NCBI GenBank assembly: GCA_018304425.1
Contig: JAGVWE010000005.1
Coordinates: forward strand, 64,001 to 128,000
Direction: 5' to 3'
Origin: Candidatus Iainarchaeum sp.
GTDB lineage: Archaea; Iainarchaeota; Iainarchaeia; Iainarchaeales; UBA10219
Length of the DNA stretch: 64,000 nt
This document shows, one piece after another, positions 29,247-39,628 of the stretch (positions within the stretch are counted from its first letter, which is position 1; each line of letters starts with the position of its first letter). The translations under genes and the position numbers were made by a program. The notes below the pieces were generated by a model, which saw only the letters and a program-made list of their open reading frames with translations, was not told the DNA's origin and did not search any database.

Positions 29247-30173
29247 ATGGACGACGTAAAGATTTTCGCGCCAGCCAGCGTCGCCAACGTCGGACCTGGT
29301 TTCGACGTGCTCGGGTTCGCCTTGGAAGGGATTGGGGACATTGTGAAGGCACGCCGCGTAACCGGAAAAGGCGTCCGCCTCACGCACATCCACAACGACG
29401 GTGGACGCCTCCCGCTGGACCCGGCCAAGAACACGGCCTCGGTCGCCGCACAGCAGGTGCTCGAAAAGCTCGGCATACGAGGGGAAGGCATCGAACTGGA
29501 ACTCGAAAAAGGGCTTCCCTTGAATTCGGGCCTGGGCAGCAGCGGAGCAAGCGCGGCCGCCGGCGCCTACGCTGCCCTTAAACTGTTTGGAAACGGCCAG
29601 AACAAGGAAGAAGCCCTTGAAGCCTGCGTAAAAGCCGAGGGCGTGGCCAGCGGTTTCCACGCCGACAACGTGGCACCTGCCCTGCTGGGCGGCGTCGTGC
29701 TGATAAGGAGCTATACCCCCCTTGACTTCATTCGCATCCCGTTCTCTGCCAGTGTCTACGTCACCCTGGTGAAGCCGGACATCGAAATACGGACCCGGCA
29801 GGCAAGAGAAGCCCTTCCCCGCAAAGTGCCGTTGGCGGGTTTGGTGAAAAACACGGGAAACGTGGCGGCGCTTGTATCCGGTTTCTTCCTCAACGACCCT
29901 GCCACCATAGGAAAGGCCATCGACGACTGTCTGATTGAACCGGTGCGGCAGAAACTCATCCCGGGATTCAGGGAAGCAAAACAAGCCGCCATCGAAGCAG
30001 GCTGCCTTGGATGCAGCATCGCCGGTTCGGGGCCGAGCGTCTTCGCCCTCTCCGAATCCAAGAAAACCGCCAAGGCCATTGGCGAAGCCATGCGTTCGGC
30101 GTTCACGGCGAAGGGGCTGGGTGCCACGAAAATCGTCTCGTGCATCAGCAGCTTCGGTGCGCGCAGCATGTAA
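29247..30173 (+). CDS. thrB: homoserine kinase
   Basis: PASVANVGPGFDVLG, PLNSGLGSSGAS, HADNVAPALLGG, GSGPS. Confidence 0.95.
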   Translation: MDDVKIFAPASVANVGPGFDVLGFALEGIGDIVKARRVTGKGVRLTHIHNDGGRLPLDPAKNTASVAAQQVLEKLGIRGEGIELELEKGLPLNSGLGSSGASAAAGAYAALKLFGNGQNKEEALEACVKAEGVASGFHADNVAPALLGGVVLIRSYTPLDFIRIPFSASVYVTLVKPDIEIRTRQAREALPRKVPLAGLVKNTGNVAALVSGFFLNDPATIGKAIDDCLIEPVRQKLIPGFREAKQAAIEAGCLGCSIAGSGPSVFALSESKKTAKAIGEAMRSAFTAKGLGATKIVSCISSFGARSM

Positions 30174-30189
30174 AGGGGAGGCAACAGGC

Positions 30190-31173
30190 ATGCAAACGAC
30201 CAGACTGGGTTTGATTGGTTTCGGCACGGTGGGCACGGGCGTGGTAAGATTGCTGCAGAAAAACGCTGGCCTCATCCGCGAGCGGACTGGGATGTGCCTC
30301 GAACTAAAGAGAATCGTCGACTGCCACATTGACCGGGAAAGGCCGGTCAAGGTAGCGAAGGAAATCCTGTCGACCGATGTCAACGAAATACTCGAAGACC
30401 CAACTATCGACGTCGTCATTGAACTCATTGGCGGCTATTCCCCGGCAAGGGAATACATCCTGCAGGCGCTGAGGAACGGCAAACACGTGGTGACGGCAAA
30501 CAAGGCCTTGCTGGCAAGGGACGGCCCAGAGATTTTTGCCGAGGCGGAAAAAGCACGCAGAAGGGTGTTCTATGAGGCAAGCGTGGGGGGCGGCATCCCC
30601 ATCCTGCTCGCGCTGGAAAGGGGCCTGGTCGGAAACAAAATCGAAAGCATCCGCGGCATATTGAATGGCACCTGCAACTTCATCCTCACCAAAATGGAGG
30701 GCGGAGTGTTAGAGTACGCAGATGCATTGAAGCTCGCGCAGGAAAAAGGGTTTGCCGAAGCGAATCCACGGCTCGACGTTGAAGGCAGTGACGCAATGCA
30801 CAAGCTCGTCATCCTTTCACGGCTGGCGTTCGGAGGGGAAAGCGATGAAATGACTGTGGAACTTAAGGGCATAACGCACGTTACTCAAGCAGACGTACGT
30901 GCAGCCCGGGCAGCGGGCAAGAAAATAAAGCTGGTGGCGGAGGCAACAACAAGGAAAGGAGAGGCAAGCCTGCGCGTTTCGCCGAAAGAGCTGCCGCTGG
31001 ATGACCCGCTGGCAAGGGTCGACGACGAAATGAACGCGATAGTGGTGAAAGGCGATTTCGCAGGCGAATTGTTTTTCGCCGGCAGGGGGGCGGGAATGGA
31101 TGCAACGGCCAGCGCGGTGGTCGCAGACCTCGTCGAGGCAGCGAAACAATTAAACCGCTCCCGAGCAGAGTGA
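30190..31173 (+). CDS. hom: homoserine dehydrogenase (no ACT domain)
   Basis: GFGTVG, VVTANK, EASVGGGIP, GILNGT, G.GAG..ATAS; start reassigned to 30190. Confidence 0.93.
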   Translation: MQTTRLGLIGFGTVGTGVVRLLQKNAGLIRERTGMCLELKRIVDCHIDRERPVKVAKEILSTDVNEILEDPTIDVVIELIGGYSPAREYILQALRNGKHVVTANKALLARDGPEIFAEAEKARRRVFYEASVGGGIPILLALERGLVGNKIESIRGILNGTCNFILTKMEGGVLEYADALKLAQEKGFAEANPRLDVEGSDAMHKLVILSRLAFGGESDEMTVELKGITHVTQADVRAARAAGKKIKLVAEATTRKGEASLRVSPKELPLDDPLARVDDEMNAIVVKGDFAGELFFAGRGAGMDATASAVVADLVEAAKQLNRSRAE

Positions 31174-31192
31174 AGTAGTCATATGGTTTTGG

Positions 31193-32149
31193 ATGATTTT
31201 CATGCGCACGGTGATGAAGTTCGGTGGCAGCGTCCTCCGCACCTCCGCAGACCTCCGGCGGCTGGCAACCATCCTAGAGCCAAGGCTGGCGTGCGGCGAG
31301 CAGATAATCCTTGTCAACAGCGCCCTACAAGGCGTGACCGACCAGCTCATTGCAACCGCCGAGAGAGCCGGCAAGGACCGGCTGGGGATCCTGGAGTCCA
31401 TGAAGAGCTTGCAGGCAAGGCACCTTTCCGCCCTTGAAGGCGTGGAAGCCGGGAAAGCACGGGAATGGTGCCTGCATGAACTCAGGCAAGGGTTTCAGCG
31501 GCTGGAGTGCGCACTCCACAACGTGCACGCCATGCATGGCCTTTTACCACGGGCAGCCGACCCCATCTATGCGTTTGGGGAGCGGTTCGCGGCCAGGCTC
31601 ATCGTTGCACACCTGCAGGAAGCCGGTATCCAAGCAAAAGCGTACGATGCCGACGAAGCCGGTCTGATGGTGGAAGACCATGTGGAGGGGGCCCGCCCAA
31701 TAATGCCTTTAACCTGCAAGAACTTCCGCAAAATCGTGGCCCGGCTCCGGCACGGGGAGGTGCCGGTCATCACGGGCTACTTCGGCATGGACGGGAACGG
31801 TAACGTGGTCTGCTTGGGCCGCGGCGGAACCGACTACTCGGCCGCCATCGTCGCCAACGCCGTGGACGCGAACCGGCTCGAACTGTGGAAGGACGTGGGC
31901 GGCCTCTACAGCGCCGACCCCAAGCGCGTGTGGAAGGCACGGCCCCTACGTGAGCTCAACTACGACGAGGCAGAGGAACTGAGCAGATTCGGCGCCAAAA
32001 TCCTGCACCCAAAAACCATCAGCCCACTGCGCGAGAAAGGCATCGAAGCCTGGATTCGCAGCGTGCACGAGCCATGCAGGACAGGCACCCGCATCCACGC
32101 CAAGCCCTTTCAGTTTGGGCGGGCGGCGGAAGCATTTTATACCCCCTAA
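31193..32149 (+). CDS. lysC: aspartate kinase, catalytic domain only
   Basis: KFGGS, LGRGGTDYSA, DV.G.YSADP, GAKILHP; ends before any ACT domain. Confidence 0.88.
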   Translation: MIFMRTVMKFGGSVLRTSADLRRLATILEPRLACGEQIILVNSALQGVTDQLIATAERAGKDRLGILESMKSLQARHLSALEGVEAGKAREWCLHELRQGFQRLECALHNVHAMHGLLPRAADPIYAFGERFAARLIVAHLQEAGIQAKAYDADEAGLMVEDHVEGARPIMPLTCKNFRKIVARLRHGEVPVITGYFGMDGNGNVVCLGRGGTDYSAAIVANAVDANRLELWKDVGGLYSADPKRVWKARPLRELNYDEAEELSRFGAKILHPKTISPLREKGIEAWIRSVHEPCRTGTRIHAKPFQFGRAAEAFYTP

Positions 32150-32225
32150 AGGGGCAAGGGTTCTCTCGGGACAGGTCCCTAACCCAGCGAAAACGCTTTA
32201 AACACCCCCCGAACACAAGATATGC

Positions 32226-34637
32226 ATGCATATGGGGCAAAGAGGCGCCATCCCGGTTTGGCTTATCCTCCTGGTCTTGGTCGGCAGCTTCCTCGGGGTG
32301 AGCCTGCTTACCTCCCTTGACCCCCTGGGCCTCAAGGAAAAACTCGGTCTGGACAAGGAATCCGTGAAACCGCCTTCCACCGGCGCGGACGCCGGAACCA
32401 ATGCACCGGGCAGCGGGGGGGCCACACCCGAACAAGTCCAGGAAAGCCTGCTGGCCAATCTCTCCAAGGAATGGATGGGCGTGGACCAGGAACAGATGAG
32501 CCACCGGTTCCCCTGGCCCCGGCAAATCGAGTTCACCGTGACCCCGGAAAGCACTGGCTTCGTCCTCCGCGCGCCGCTGTTCAGGCCCGAAAAGCATTCG
32601 GTGGATGGACAGGAAACCCTGGACTGGTTGCAACCCCCTGATATTCAGGTCCTGGACAACCAGGTGCCGGGCCAGCAACGGGAAACCAATCAATTGTTTT
32701 ACGTGTACTTGCCCCAAGATGATGAATTCAATGGAGTGGTGAATGCAGAGGGGTTCAGCCACTATTTTGATGCAACCCTGGAAGACCCTGAACTGGACGG
32801 CAGCCAATTCGGCGAATTGCCCTACCAGCTGACCCTGTACTCAAAGGAAGGGGCCTTCGAGCAGGCGTTCAAGGACATGAGAGGCCTGGGCCTCCGCGAG
32901 CGCACGCTGTACGCCACGCTTGGCATCGATTATGGCTTGTGGCAAAACGGTTTGTACGCCGACCATCCCGTGGGCCTGAAAATCCACCTCCGCGATTTGG
33001 AGGCACGACCCACACAGCCCCTGGAATTGTTCGCCTACTACCAGGGGGAAGTGGACGACTACCCGAATGTTCCGGGCGTCATCAACCCCAAGGCCTATGA
33101 GCGGGTGGTGGAAGTCTATGCGCCCCGCTACCCCAACCTGGACGCAGCAGCCCCCCTGGAAACGCGTAGCATCCGAGTCGTGCAATTCTACCGCCGCCTC
33201 CAGGAGGGAACCACTGGGCCCTTGTTCCTGCCCCTGGCAGGTGGTGGCGTGCTTGCCTTCAAATCCAAGGGCAAGGGCATGGCTGCGCGAACGCCTCCGG
33301 TGCTGGGCGAGTTGATTCCTGGCAGCCCACCCAGAGTGGAATGGAGTTTCGAATTTCCACGACAGGCCTTGACGCCAACGGAAGCCTATGGACTCGAACT
33401 CACCCTCAACAACAAGAAGGCAGACCTGCGCTTTGCAAGGAACGAGTCCTCCTTGAGTGAAAGCACGTTCCAGCCCGACGCGTTTTACCCGGTGTCCTAC
33501 GCAGTTGCCTTTGGCGAGGCCTTTGACCCGGAGAAGATTCGAGCCGAACAGCTGGCCAGGCTGGCTTTCCTGAAAGTAAACCACCAGCGATTGGCCGAAG
33601 GCCTGCCGCCCTTGCAGTGGGATTCAAGGCTGGCCATCGCTGCCCAGGCCCATAGCCAGGCCATGGCGGAAAACGCCGAACTCAGCCACACGGTTTCAGG
33701 GGAAAGGGAATTGGCCGGCCGCTTGCTGGACGCGGGCCTGGGCGGGAAAGCAAAGGGGTGGGCGGAAAACATTGCCTCGATTCCCCTCAATGGCCGAAGC
33801 CTTTCCATGGATGCCCTTGCCTTGGCCGAGGAAGCAGTGAGTTTGTGGATGCACAGCAGCGGGCACGAAACCAATATCTTGAACCCGGCTTACACCCATG
33901 CCGGGATGGGCATCGCCATCGAGCGAGGCTATGCCTACTTCACCCAAGACTTTGCAGGCCTTCCACTGCCAGTCAAGCAAAAAAAAGAGGCCCTGCCCGT
34001 ACCCCTGCCAGCGCCAACGGCGCCTCTCCTGCCGGAACCCCCTACATGTGGTTGCCAGAGCATCCAGTTGGTGACGCAGGGACCCATCGACCCCGCTTTC
34101 GGTGACCTCAAGGTCACGCAACTGGGCGCCTACGCCATCACGAACAAGCCACCCCACGGAGTGCTCGCCAAATTCGCGCACGTCGTGGACGCCAGTCTGG
34201 CCCCAGGCAGCGATGCAGCTCAGTGCAGGGTGGAACAAAAGTCGAAGGGCACCACGCTCTACAGGGCGGGCACAAGCAATGAATTAGCAGTGCATCATGA
34301 AATGTTTGGCGCGCAAGCGCCCTACAAGGGCGAGACCCTTATATCGGATGACTCGGAAGAAAACATCGTGAGAAAAGACAATCGCATCCTCGTGCTCAAC
34401 GTGCCCCGCTTTGAAACAAACACCTCCGACACCTTGCCAGCGAAGGTGCAGCAGCTTACCCTCATCCGGGTCGCGCCGCCGGGAAATGCGGCGAACGACG
34501 GCACAGCAAATGCCTGTGAGTGCCGCATCGAGCAGGCACTGGACATTGGCCTCAATGCGGGCGGGGAATGGGAGCCCAAATGGAGTGTTTCAGCGGACTG
34601 CGCGCCTTCCGCTGTCGCTTCCACGAGCAGCAGATGA
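32226..34637 (+). CDS. large membrane-anchored CAP (SCP) domain protein
   Basis: N-terminal TM; NHQR...LPPL.WD.RL..AAQAHS..M, AENIA, WMHSSGH..NIL. Confidence 0.82.
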   Translation: MHMGQRGAIPVWLILLVLVGSFLGVSLLTSLDPLGLKEKLGLDKESVKPPSTGADAGTNAPGSGGATPEQVQESLLANLSKEWMGVDQEQMSHRFPWPRQIEFTVTPESTGFVLRAPLFRPEKHSVDGQETLDWLQPPDIQVLDNQVPGQQRETNQLFYVYLPQDDEFNGVVNAEGFSHYFDATLEDPELDGSQFGELPYQLTLYSKEGAFEQAFKDMRGLGLRERTLYATLGIDYGLWQNGLYADHPVGLKIHLRDLEARPTQPLELFAYYQGEVDDYPNVPGVINPKAYERVVEVYAPRYPNLDAAAPLETRSIRVVQFYRRLQEGTTGPLFLPLAGGGVLAFKSKGKGMAARTPPVLGELIPGSPPRVEWSFEFPRQALTPTEAYGLELTLNNKKADLRFARNESSLSESTFQPDAFYPVSYAVAFGEAFDPEKIRAEQLARLAFLKVNHQRLAEGLPPLQWDSRLAIAAQAHSQAMAENAELSHTVSGERELAGRLLDAGLGGKAKGWAENIASIPLNGRSLSMDALALAEEAVSLWMHSSGHETNILNPAYTHAGMGIAIERGYAYFTQDFAGLPLPVKQKKEALPVPLPAPTAPLLPEPPTCGCQSIQLVTQGPIDPAFGDLKVTQLGAYAITNKPPHGVLAKFAHVVDASLAPGSDAAQCRVEQKSKGTTLYRAGTSNELAVHHEMFGAQAPYKGETLISDDSEENIVRKDNRILVLNVPRFETNTSDTLPAKVQQLTLIRVAPPGNAANDGTANACECRIEQALDIGLNAGGEWEPKWSVSADCAPSAVASTSSR

Positions 34638-34648
34638 AAAAATGAGAG

Positions 34649-34723
34649 CGCCCCAGAGCGGATTCGAACCGCTGACCTGTCGGTTAACAGCCGACCGCTC
34701 TAACCGGACTGAGCTACCGGGGC
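34649..34723 (-). tRNA. tRNA-Asn(GTT)
   Basis: Cloverleaf, GTCGG-CTGTTAA-CCGAC. Confidence 0.96.
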
Positions 34724-35000
34724 AAAGCGAAAAACAGCTTTATAGGAGTGACCTGATTAGGTAATAAAAACGTTTGCCACCGGCTGGCAGTCAAACCCAA
34801 AGACGCATTAACAGCCTAGCCAGACCGGCAAAAAACGGACAAGTTCATGGTTTTCTGCGACCTTAATTGGCGGCAAATCAATTTATTACACTTCAAATCG
34901 TTCAATTCGCCCTAATTAACGTTCTTTTTTTGCTTATTTTCTTCGTTAATCGTGGAAGTAGGGGTTCCACAATCGCCGGCCGGTGGAGGAAAGCGTAAAA

Positions 35001-35265
35001 GTGGGCGCACCCGATAGTGGATTGCGTCAAGAAACAAGGGTTTGGCATTGCGCGTGCTCGCTTCCGTAGCCCTCTGAGCATCAGCCGTTTAAGCTACCCC
35101 TTCCGGGCCTGGCGGGGTTCACTTAAGCGGTTAACCTCACAGGACAGAAGGTCAATGCCGTGGCAATGAGCCCAATGCTGCCTGGACAACCGCCTCTCGG
35201 GTTTCGGTCCCGGCTGAAGTGGATGTCCGGTCACAGGGAACCACTAGCTCCCCAACCTAGCCCAA
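35001..35265 (-). ncRNA. ffs: archaeal SRP (7S) RNA
   Basis: Alu-like 5' GGGCTAGG..GG...CCCTGTGACCGG...GCCGGGACCGAAACCCG; helix 8 GAACCCCGCCAGGCCCGGAAGGG; TATA upstream, T-run downstream; ends approximate. Confidence 0.85.
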
Positions 35266-35520
35266 GCAATTAAAGCGGGCTTTGTTTATAAAGGCATATG
35301 CTTTACCCTGAAAAGAGTGTTAATTTGGTTTATTTTCCGAAACAAAACGTATATAAAGGAGTTTACGCACAATATAAGCAATTTTTATGATATTGCAGGG
35401 CCTTTGCCTTTTCGCCGGGGTTTTGCAATTATAAAGTCATAAAAAGCCAAAAAAGACTCCCGATGCGTTAACTCCCAATACGTTAGCGAATTGTGGCAGT
35501 TTTTAGTGAGGGGTGATGTA

Positions 35521-36609
35521 ATGAAGTCGTTAATTGAAGGCGCCCGCGAAACCAGTACCGCGAGCGTTGAAGACAAGTTAGAAGAATTCGGTGCACCAAA
35601 GATCATGGTCATCGGAGCCGGCGGAGCGGGCTGTAACGCCATCAACCGGTTGGCCACCATGGGCATTTCAGGCGCGCAGCTGTGTGCCATCAACACGGAC
35701 AAGCAGCACCTGGCCATCGTCAACGACGAAGTAACCAAGATACTGATTGGAAAGAGCGTCACGAGGGGACTCGGAGCCGGCGGCTACCCAGAAATCGGGG
35801 CCAAGGCAGCCGAAGTCTCGCGCGCAGCCCTCGAAGAAGTCCTGAGCGGCGTGGACATGCTCTTCATCTCGGCCGGAATGGGCGGCGGAACCGGAACCGG
35901 CTCAGCCCCAATCGTCGCCGAGATAGCCAAAGAACAGGGCGCCATTGTGATTGCAATGGTCACCTACCCCTTCGCGCTTGAAAAGGCGAGGCTCATCAAG
36001 GCCGAAGAAGGAATCGACACTTTGAGGAACGTCTGCGACACGGTAGTCGTAATCGACAACAACCGCTTGGTGGAGCTGGTGCCCAACCTGCCCATCCAGG
36101 ACGCGTTCAAGGTGGCAGACGAAGTCGTGGCGCGCACCGTGCGCGGCATCACCGAGACCATCACGCAGCCAAGCCTGATTAACTTGGACTACGCGGATGT
36201 GCGCAGCGTGATGAGCAGCCACGGGCTGTCCGTCATCGCGGTCGGCGAGTCCAAGAGCGTGGACAAGGTCAACGAAGTCGTTGAAGACACCCTGAAGAAC
36301 GCCTTGCTCGACGTCGACATTGCGGGCGCCAGCGGTGCCTTGATTCACATCACGGGCGGACCCGAGTTGACCCTGGGAGAAGCCAACGACGTCGGCGAGT
36401 TGCTGACCGAGCGGATTGACCCCAAGGCAACGGTCATCTGGGGCGCGAGAGTCGACCCCACCTTCGAGAACCGAATGGAAGTCATCTCCATCTTCACCGG
36501 CGTCCACAGCCCCTACATCAAGGGCAGGGACGAGGAAGTCGTTGAAGCGAGGAGCAGCAGCCGCAGCGCGAACCGCAAGAGCGGCCTCGACATCGACTAC
36601 ATCCGGTAA
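35521..36609 (+). CDS. ftsZ: cell division protein FtsZ
   Basis: [24 protein letters not shown]; SD GAGGGGTGA before ATG 35521. Confidence 0.97.
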   Translation: MKSLIEGARETSTASVEDKLEEFGAPKIMVIGAGGAGCNAINRLATMGISGAQLCAINTDKQHLAIVNDEVTKILIGKSVTRGLGAGGYPEIGAKAAEVSRAALEEVLSGVDMLFISAGMGGGTGTGSAPIVAEIAKEQGAIVIAMVTYPFALEKARLIKAEEGIDTLRNVCDTVVVIDNNRLVELVPNLPIQDAFKVADEVVARTVRGITETITQPSLINLDYADVRSVMSSHGLSVIAVGESKSVDKVNEVVEDTLKNALLDVDIAGASGALIHITGGPELTLGEANDVGELLTERIDPKATVIWGARVDPTFENRMEVISIFTGVHSPYIKGRDEEVVEARSSSRSANRKSGLDIDYIR

Positions 36610-36684
36610 AGAAAGGAATCCATCCCCCGGCCCCTTTTACAAGCCGGGGGACACCCCTCATTTTCTATTTCTCGCTTCGTTTCC

Positions 36685-38097
36685 TCAAAAAAACAGCGGC
36701 AGCGCGTTGAGCAGGAACAGGGCCGCGAGGGGGACGAGGAATAGCCTTCCAATCAGTTTCATGGTGGCCTTGCGGGGCATGCGTAGGAAGCCGAGGTAGG
36801 GGAGGAAGAGGAGTTGCGCGATTCTGCCTCCGTCGAAGACTCCCAAGGGAAGGAAGTTGACGGTTGCCACCAGGAAGTTCAGGATGAACAGCCAGTTGAG
36901 GAAGCTGAACACCATGCCAATGGCCAGGCGGTAGAAGGTGTAGGCCGGGGGCACCTCAAAGCCCGGGTTGCCGACTTCCCGGACGACGAAGCCGAACAAA
37001 CCGAGTTCGTTGGGGGAAATGGTTTTCTGGACCAACGTACCATCCGCCAGGCCCAGGGAAAAGGAAACCGGCTTGAACTTGTTCAAGGCAATCTCGCTGG
37101 AAACATCGCTGGCCCGTTTCACGGGCTTGCCGTTGATGGCCTGAATGACCATCCCCTTTTCAAGGGCCCGGTGGGCGGGGCTGTCATAGGTGTCGCCACA
37201 GAACGAGAAGTTCTCGGAAACGCTTTCGACCACCACCTGGCTGACGCTGGCCTCGTGGATTTGAGTGGCCCAGGGGTTCACGAAGGCAGCCAAGCCGGCT
37301 GCCAAGACCAACACCAGCACCTGGATGACGACCAGGGAAAACAGGTTGGCGGTAGGCCCGGCGGCGTACAAGCGCAGCTGGCTCCGGTCCCTGGCTGCCT
37401 TGAGTTCCTTGTCATCCGGTTCCACGAATGCTCCGATGGGTAGGAACCCCAACAGCAAGAGGCCGGCCGACTTGACCTTTATTTTTTCGCGGCGGGCCAG
37501 GATGCCGTGCATGCCTTCGTGGATGAGCAGGATGAGGAGCAGGGAGAGCCAGGCGTGCACGGGCACGACAATGGGCACGTTCGGGATTTCCACTCCCGGA
37601 ATCAGGGGCGCGACGCCGGGGCAAGCCTTTTTGCCCAACAAGAACTTGGAAACGATGTCGGCTGCCTGTACAATCAGGGCCAGGATGGTGAAGCCGGCAA
37701 AGCCCAACAGGCCATAGGCCAGCGAGAAAACCCAGAACAGGGGTTTCATGAGTGGGTTGCCGGACATCAGGCCGGCCAAGGCAAAGTCAAGGCCGTAGAA
37801 GACCGCATAGAGCCCGGCAATGGCTGCCGCGAACAAGGCCAGGCGCTGGGCGAGGGGCTTGTGTCGCAAGTACAGGTAGTCCACGGCGAAGGCCCCAAAG
37901 CCAAGGACCAGGCCGGCTTCCGCGAACCAGTCCAGGGGTCTTCCAATCCGTGCCAACTGGTCGAACAAGGGCAGGGGCTTCTTGGTGCGGATGAGCGTAA
38001 TAACGTAGTGGGTTTGGAACCGCGTGAATTTCTTGAACAACCAGGTTACGGCCAAGGCGACCAATAGAAAGGCGGCCAACAGCAAACCGAAATTCAT
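36685..38097 (-). CDS. site-2 protease (M50) with PDZ-like insert
   Basis: HEGMH, GAFVEPD, AAGPTAN, NFLPLGVFDGG. Confidence 0.92.
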   Translation of the reverse strand: MNFGLLLAAFLLVALAVTWLFKKFTRFQTHYVITLIRTKKPLPLFDQLARIGRPLDWFAEAGLVLGFGAFAVDYLYLRHKPLAQRLALFAAAIAGLYAVFYGLDFALAGLMSGNPLMKPLFWVFSLAYGLLGFAGFTILALIVQAADIVSKFLLGKKACPGVAPLIPGVEIPNVPIVVPVHAWLSLLLILLIHEGMHGILARREKIKVKSAGLLLLGFLPIGAFVEPDDKELKAARDRSQLRLYAAGPTANLFSLVVIQVLVLVLAAGLAAFVNPWATQIHEASVSQVVVESVSENFSFCGDTYDSPAHRALEKGMVIQAINGKPVKRASDVSSEIALNKFKPVSFSLGLADGTLVQKTISPNELGLFGFVVREVGNPGFEVPPAYTFYRLAIGMVFSFLNWLFILNFLVATVNFLPLGVFDGGRIAQLLFLPYLGFLRMPRKATMKLIGRLFLVPLAALFLLNALPLFF

Positions 38098-38227
38098 GGA
38101 CAAAGTTGTGGGGCCATACGTTTAAGAACGTTGATTGCAGGCCCCCAAGAAAAGGATTGCGACAGGCAGGGCACCTGTACTATTCGGGTTGTGCGTTTGC
38201 CCAAATTTGGCAGGGCCAAGAAAGGGG

Positions 38228-38349
38228 AAAAAGTAGGGAGAAAGAAGCGTTGCCGCTTCTTCTCCAGCTGCTAAGAGAGTTCTGCAAAGACCTAGATATG
38301 CGAATCGGGTTAGCTCACCAACACTAAGTCTTTGGCCCTTTTCAGGGCC
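38228..38349 (-). ncRNA. candidate structured non-coding RNA of unknown family
   Basis: TTTATATA box about 22 nt upstream; three helices, two capped by GNRA loops (GAAA, GCAA); G-U pair favours the minus strand; 3' T-run. Confidence 0.5.
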
Positions 38350-38584
38350 AATACCATTGGGCCCTACCTTGTATATAAACGTTATCTTGGCACAGTAAAA
38401 AGGGCGGAATGTTTAAATACATCCAAGGCTTTTTGGATTTTGTCTGCCGCTCAAGGCAATTAATTCGTCTCCTGCCGTTAAAAAAAATTTAAAACTGTGC
38501 GTTTTAGTACATTTTCCGGTTCTTTTGTGGGGGAAGTTGGACGGGCTTCATTGGATTAAGTAATTTTCGCCCCTACTTGTTCGC

Positions 38585-39610
38585 ATGGGCACGGCCATTG
38601 GCGAGCTGCTGGTCAGGGAAGAGATTTCCCTGGACTATTTGAAGGGCCGGCGCGTCGGCATTGACTCCCACAACATCCTGTACCAGTTCCTCTCCAGCAT
38701 CCGCAGCTATGACGGCACGCCCTTGATGGACTCCCATGGAAATGTCACCAGCCATTTGACTGGCTTGCTGTATCGGACGGTAAACTTGCTGGAAAAAGAC
38801 GTCAAGCCGGTCTTTGTCTTTGACGGGGTGCCCAGCAAACTCAAAAAAGAGACCCTCGAGGAACGAAAAAGGATTCGAACCGAGGCCCTGGCCAGGCACG
38901 AAGAGGCCTTGAAGGCCGGGGACTTGGAGGAGGCGCGGAAGATGGGGGCCAGGTCGGTGCGGTTGACGCCTGAGATGATTGCCGAAGCGAAGAAACTCAT
39001 CGAGGCCCTGGGCCTGCCCCTGGTTCAAGCGCTCGACGAAGGCGAAGCCCAAATCGCGGGCATGGTTTCCAGGGGCACATTGTTCGGCTGCGTGAGCCAG
39101 GACTATGACTCCCTGCTGTTTGGCGCTAGCCGCGTGCTGCGGAACATTGCCGTGACCGGCAAGCGGAAGATGCCTGGCCGAAACCTCTTCATTGACGTGA
39201 GCCCGGAACTCATCGAGTTGCAGAAGTGCCTGGAAACCCTGAAGATTGACCGCCGCAAGCTGGTGTGGATCGGCCTGCTCATCGGAACGGACTTCAACGA
39301 GAAGTTCCCCAACATCGGCCCCAAGAAAGCGCTGAAACTGGTGCAAGACAACGATTCCTTCGAGAAAATCGTGGAGGCGACCGGGTACACGCCGGGCTTC
39401 GATTACCGCGAAATCGAGGAAATCTTCTTGAACCCGAAGTTCAACGAGGTGCCCTTGCCCGAGTTCAGGAAACCCGACCGCGAGCGCGTCAAGGAACTCC
39501 TGTGCGAACAACACGACTTCTCCCTGGAACGAGTCATGAACGCCTTGGACAAGCTCGAGAAAAAAACCGAGGAAAAGGGCGCCCAGGCAAGCCTCAGCAA
39601 GTGGTTTTAG
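38585..39610 (+). CDS. fen: flap endonuclease 1
   Basis: LYQFLSSIR..DGTPL, EGEAQ, SQDYD, GTDFN, PIP box QASLSKWF. Confidence 0.97.
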   Translation: MGTAIGELLVREEISLDYLKGRRVGIDSHNILYQFLSSIRSYDGTPLMDSHGNVTSHLTGLLYRTVNLLEKDVKPVFVFDGVPSKLKKETLEERKRIRTEALARHEEALKAGDLEEARKMGARSVRLTPEMIAEAKKLIEALGLPLVQALDEGEAQIAGMVSRGTLFGCVSQDYDSLLFGASRVLRNIAVTGKRKMPGRNLFIDVSPELIELQKCLETLKIDRRKLVWIGLLIGTDFNEKFPNIGPKKALKLVQDNDSFEKIVEATGYTPGFDYREIEEIFLNPKFNEVPLPEFRKPDRERVKELLCEQHDFSLERVMNALDKLEKKTEEKGAQASLSKWF

Positions 39611-39628
39611 CTAGTCGACGGTGCCGGG

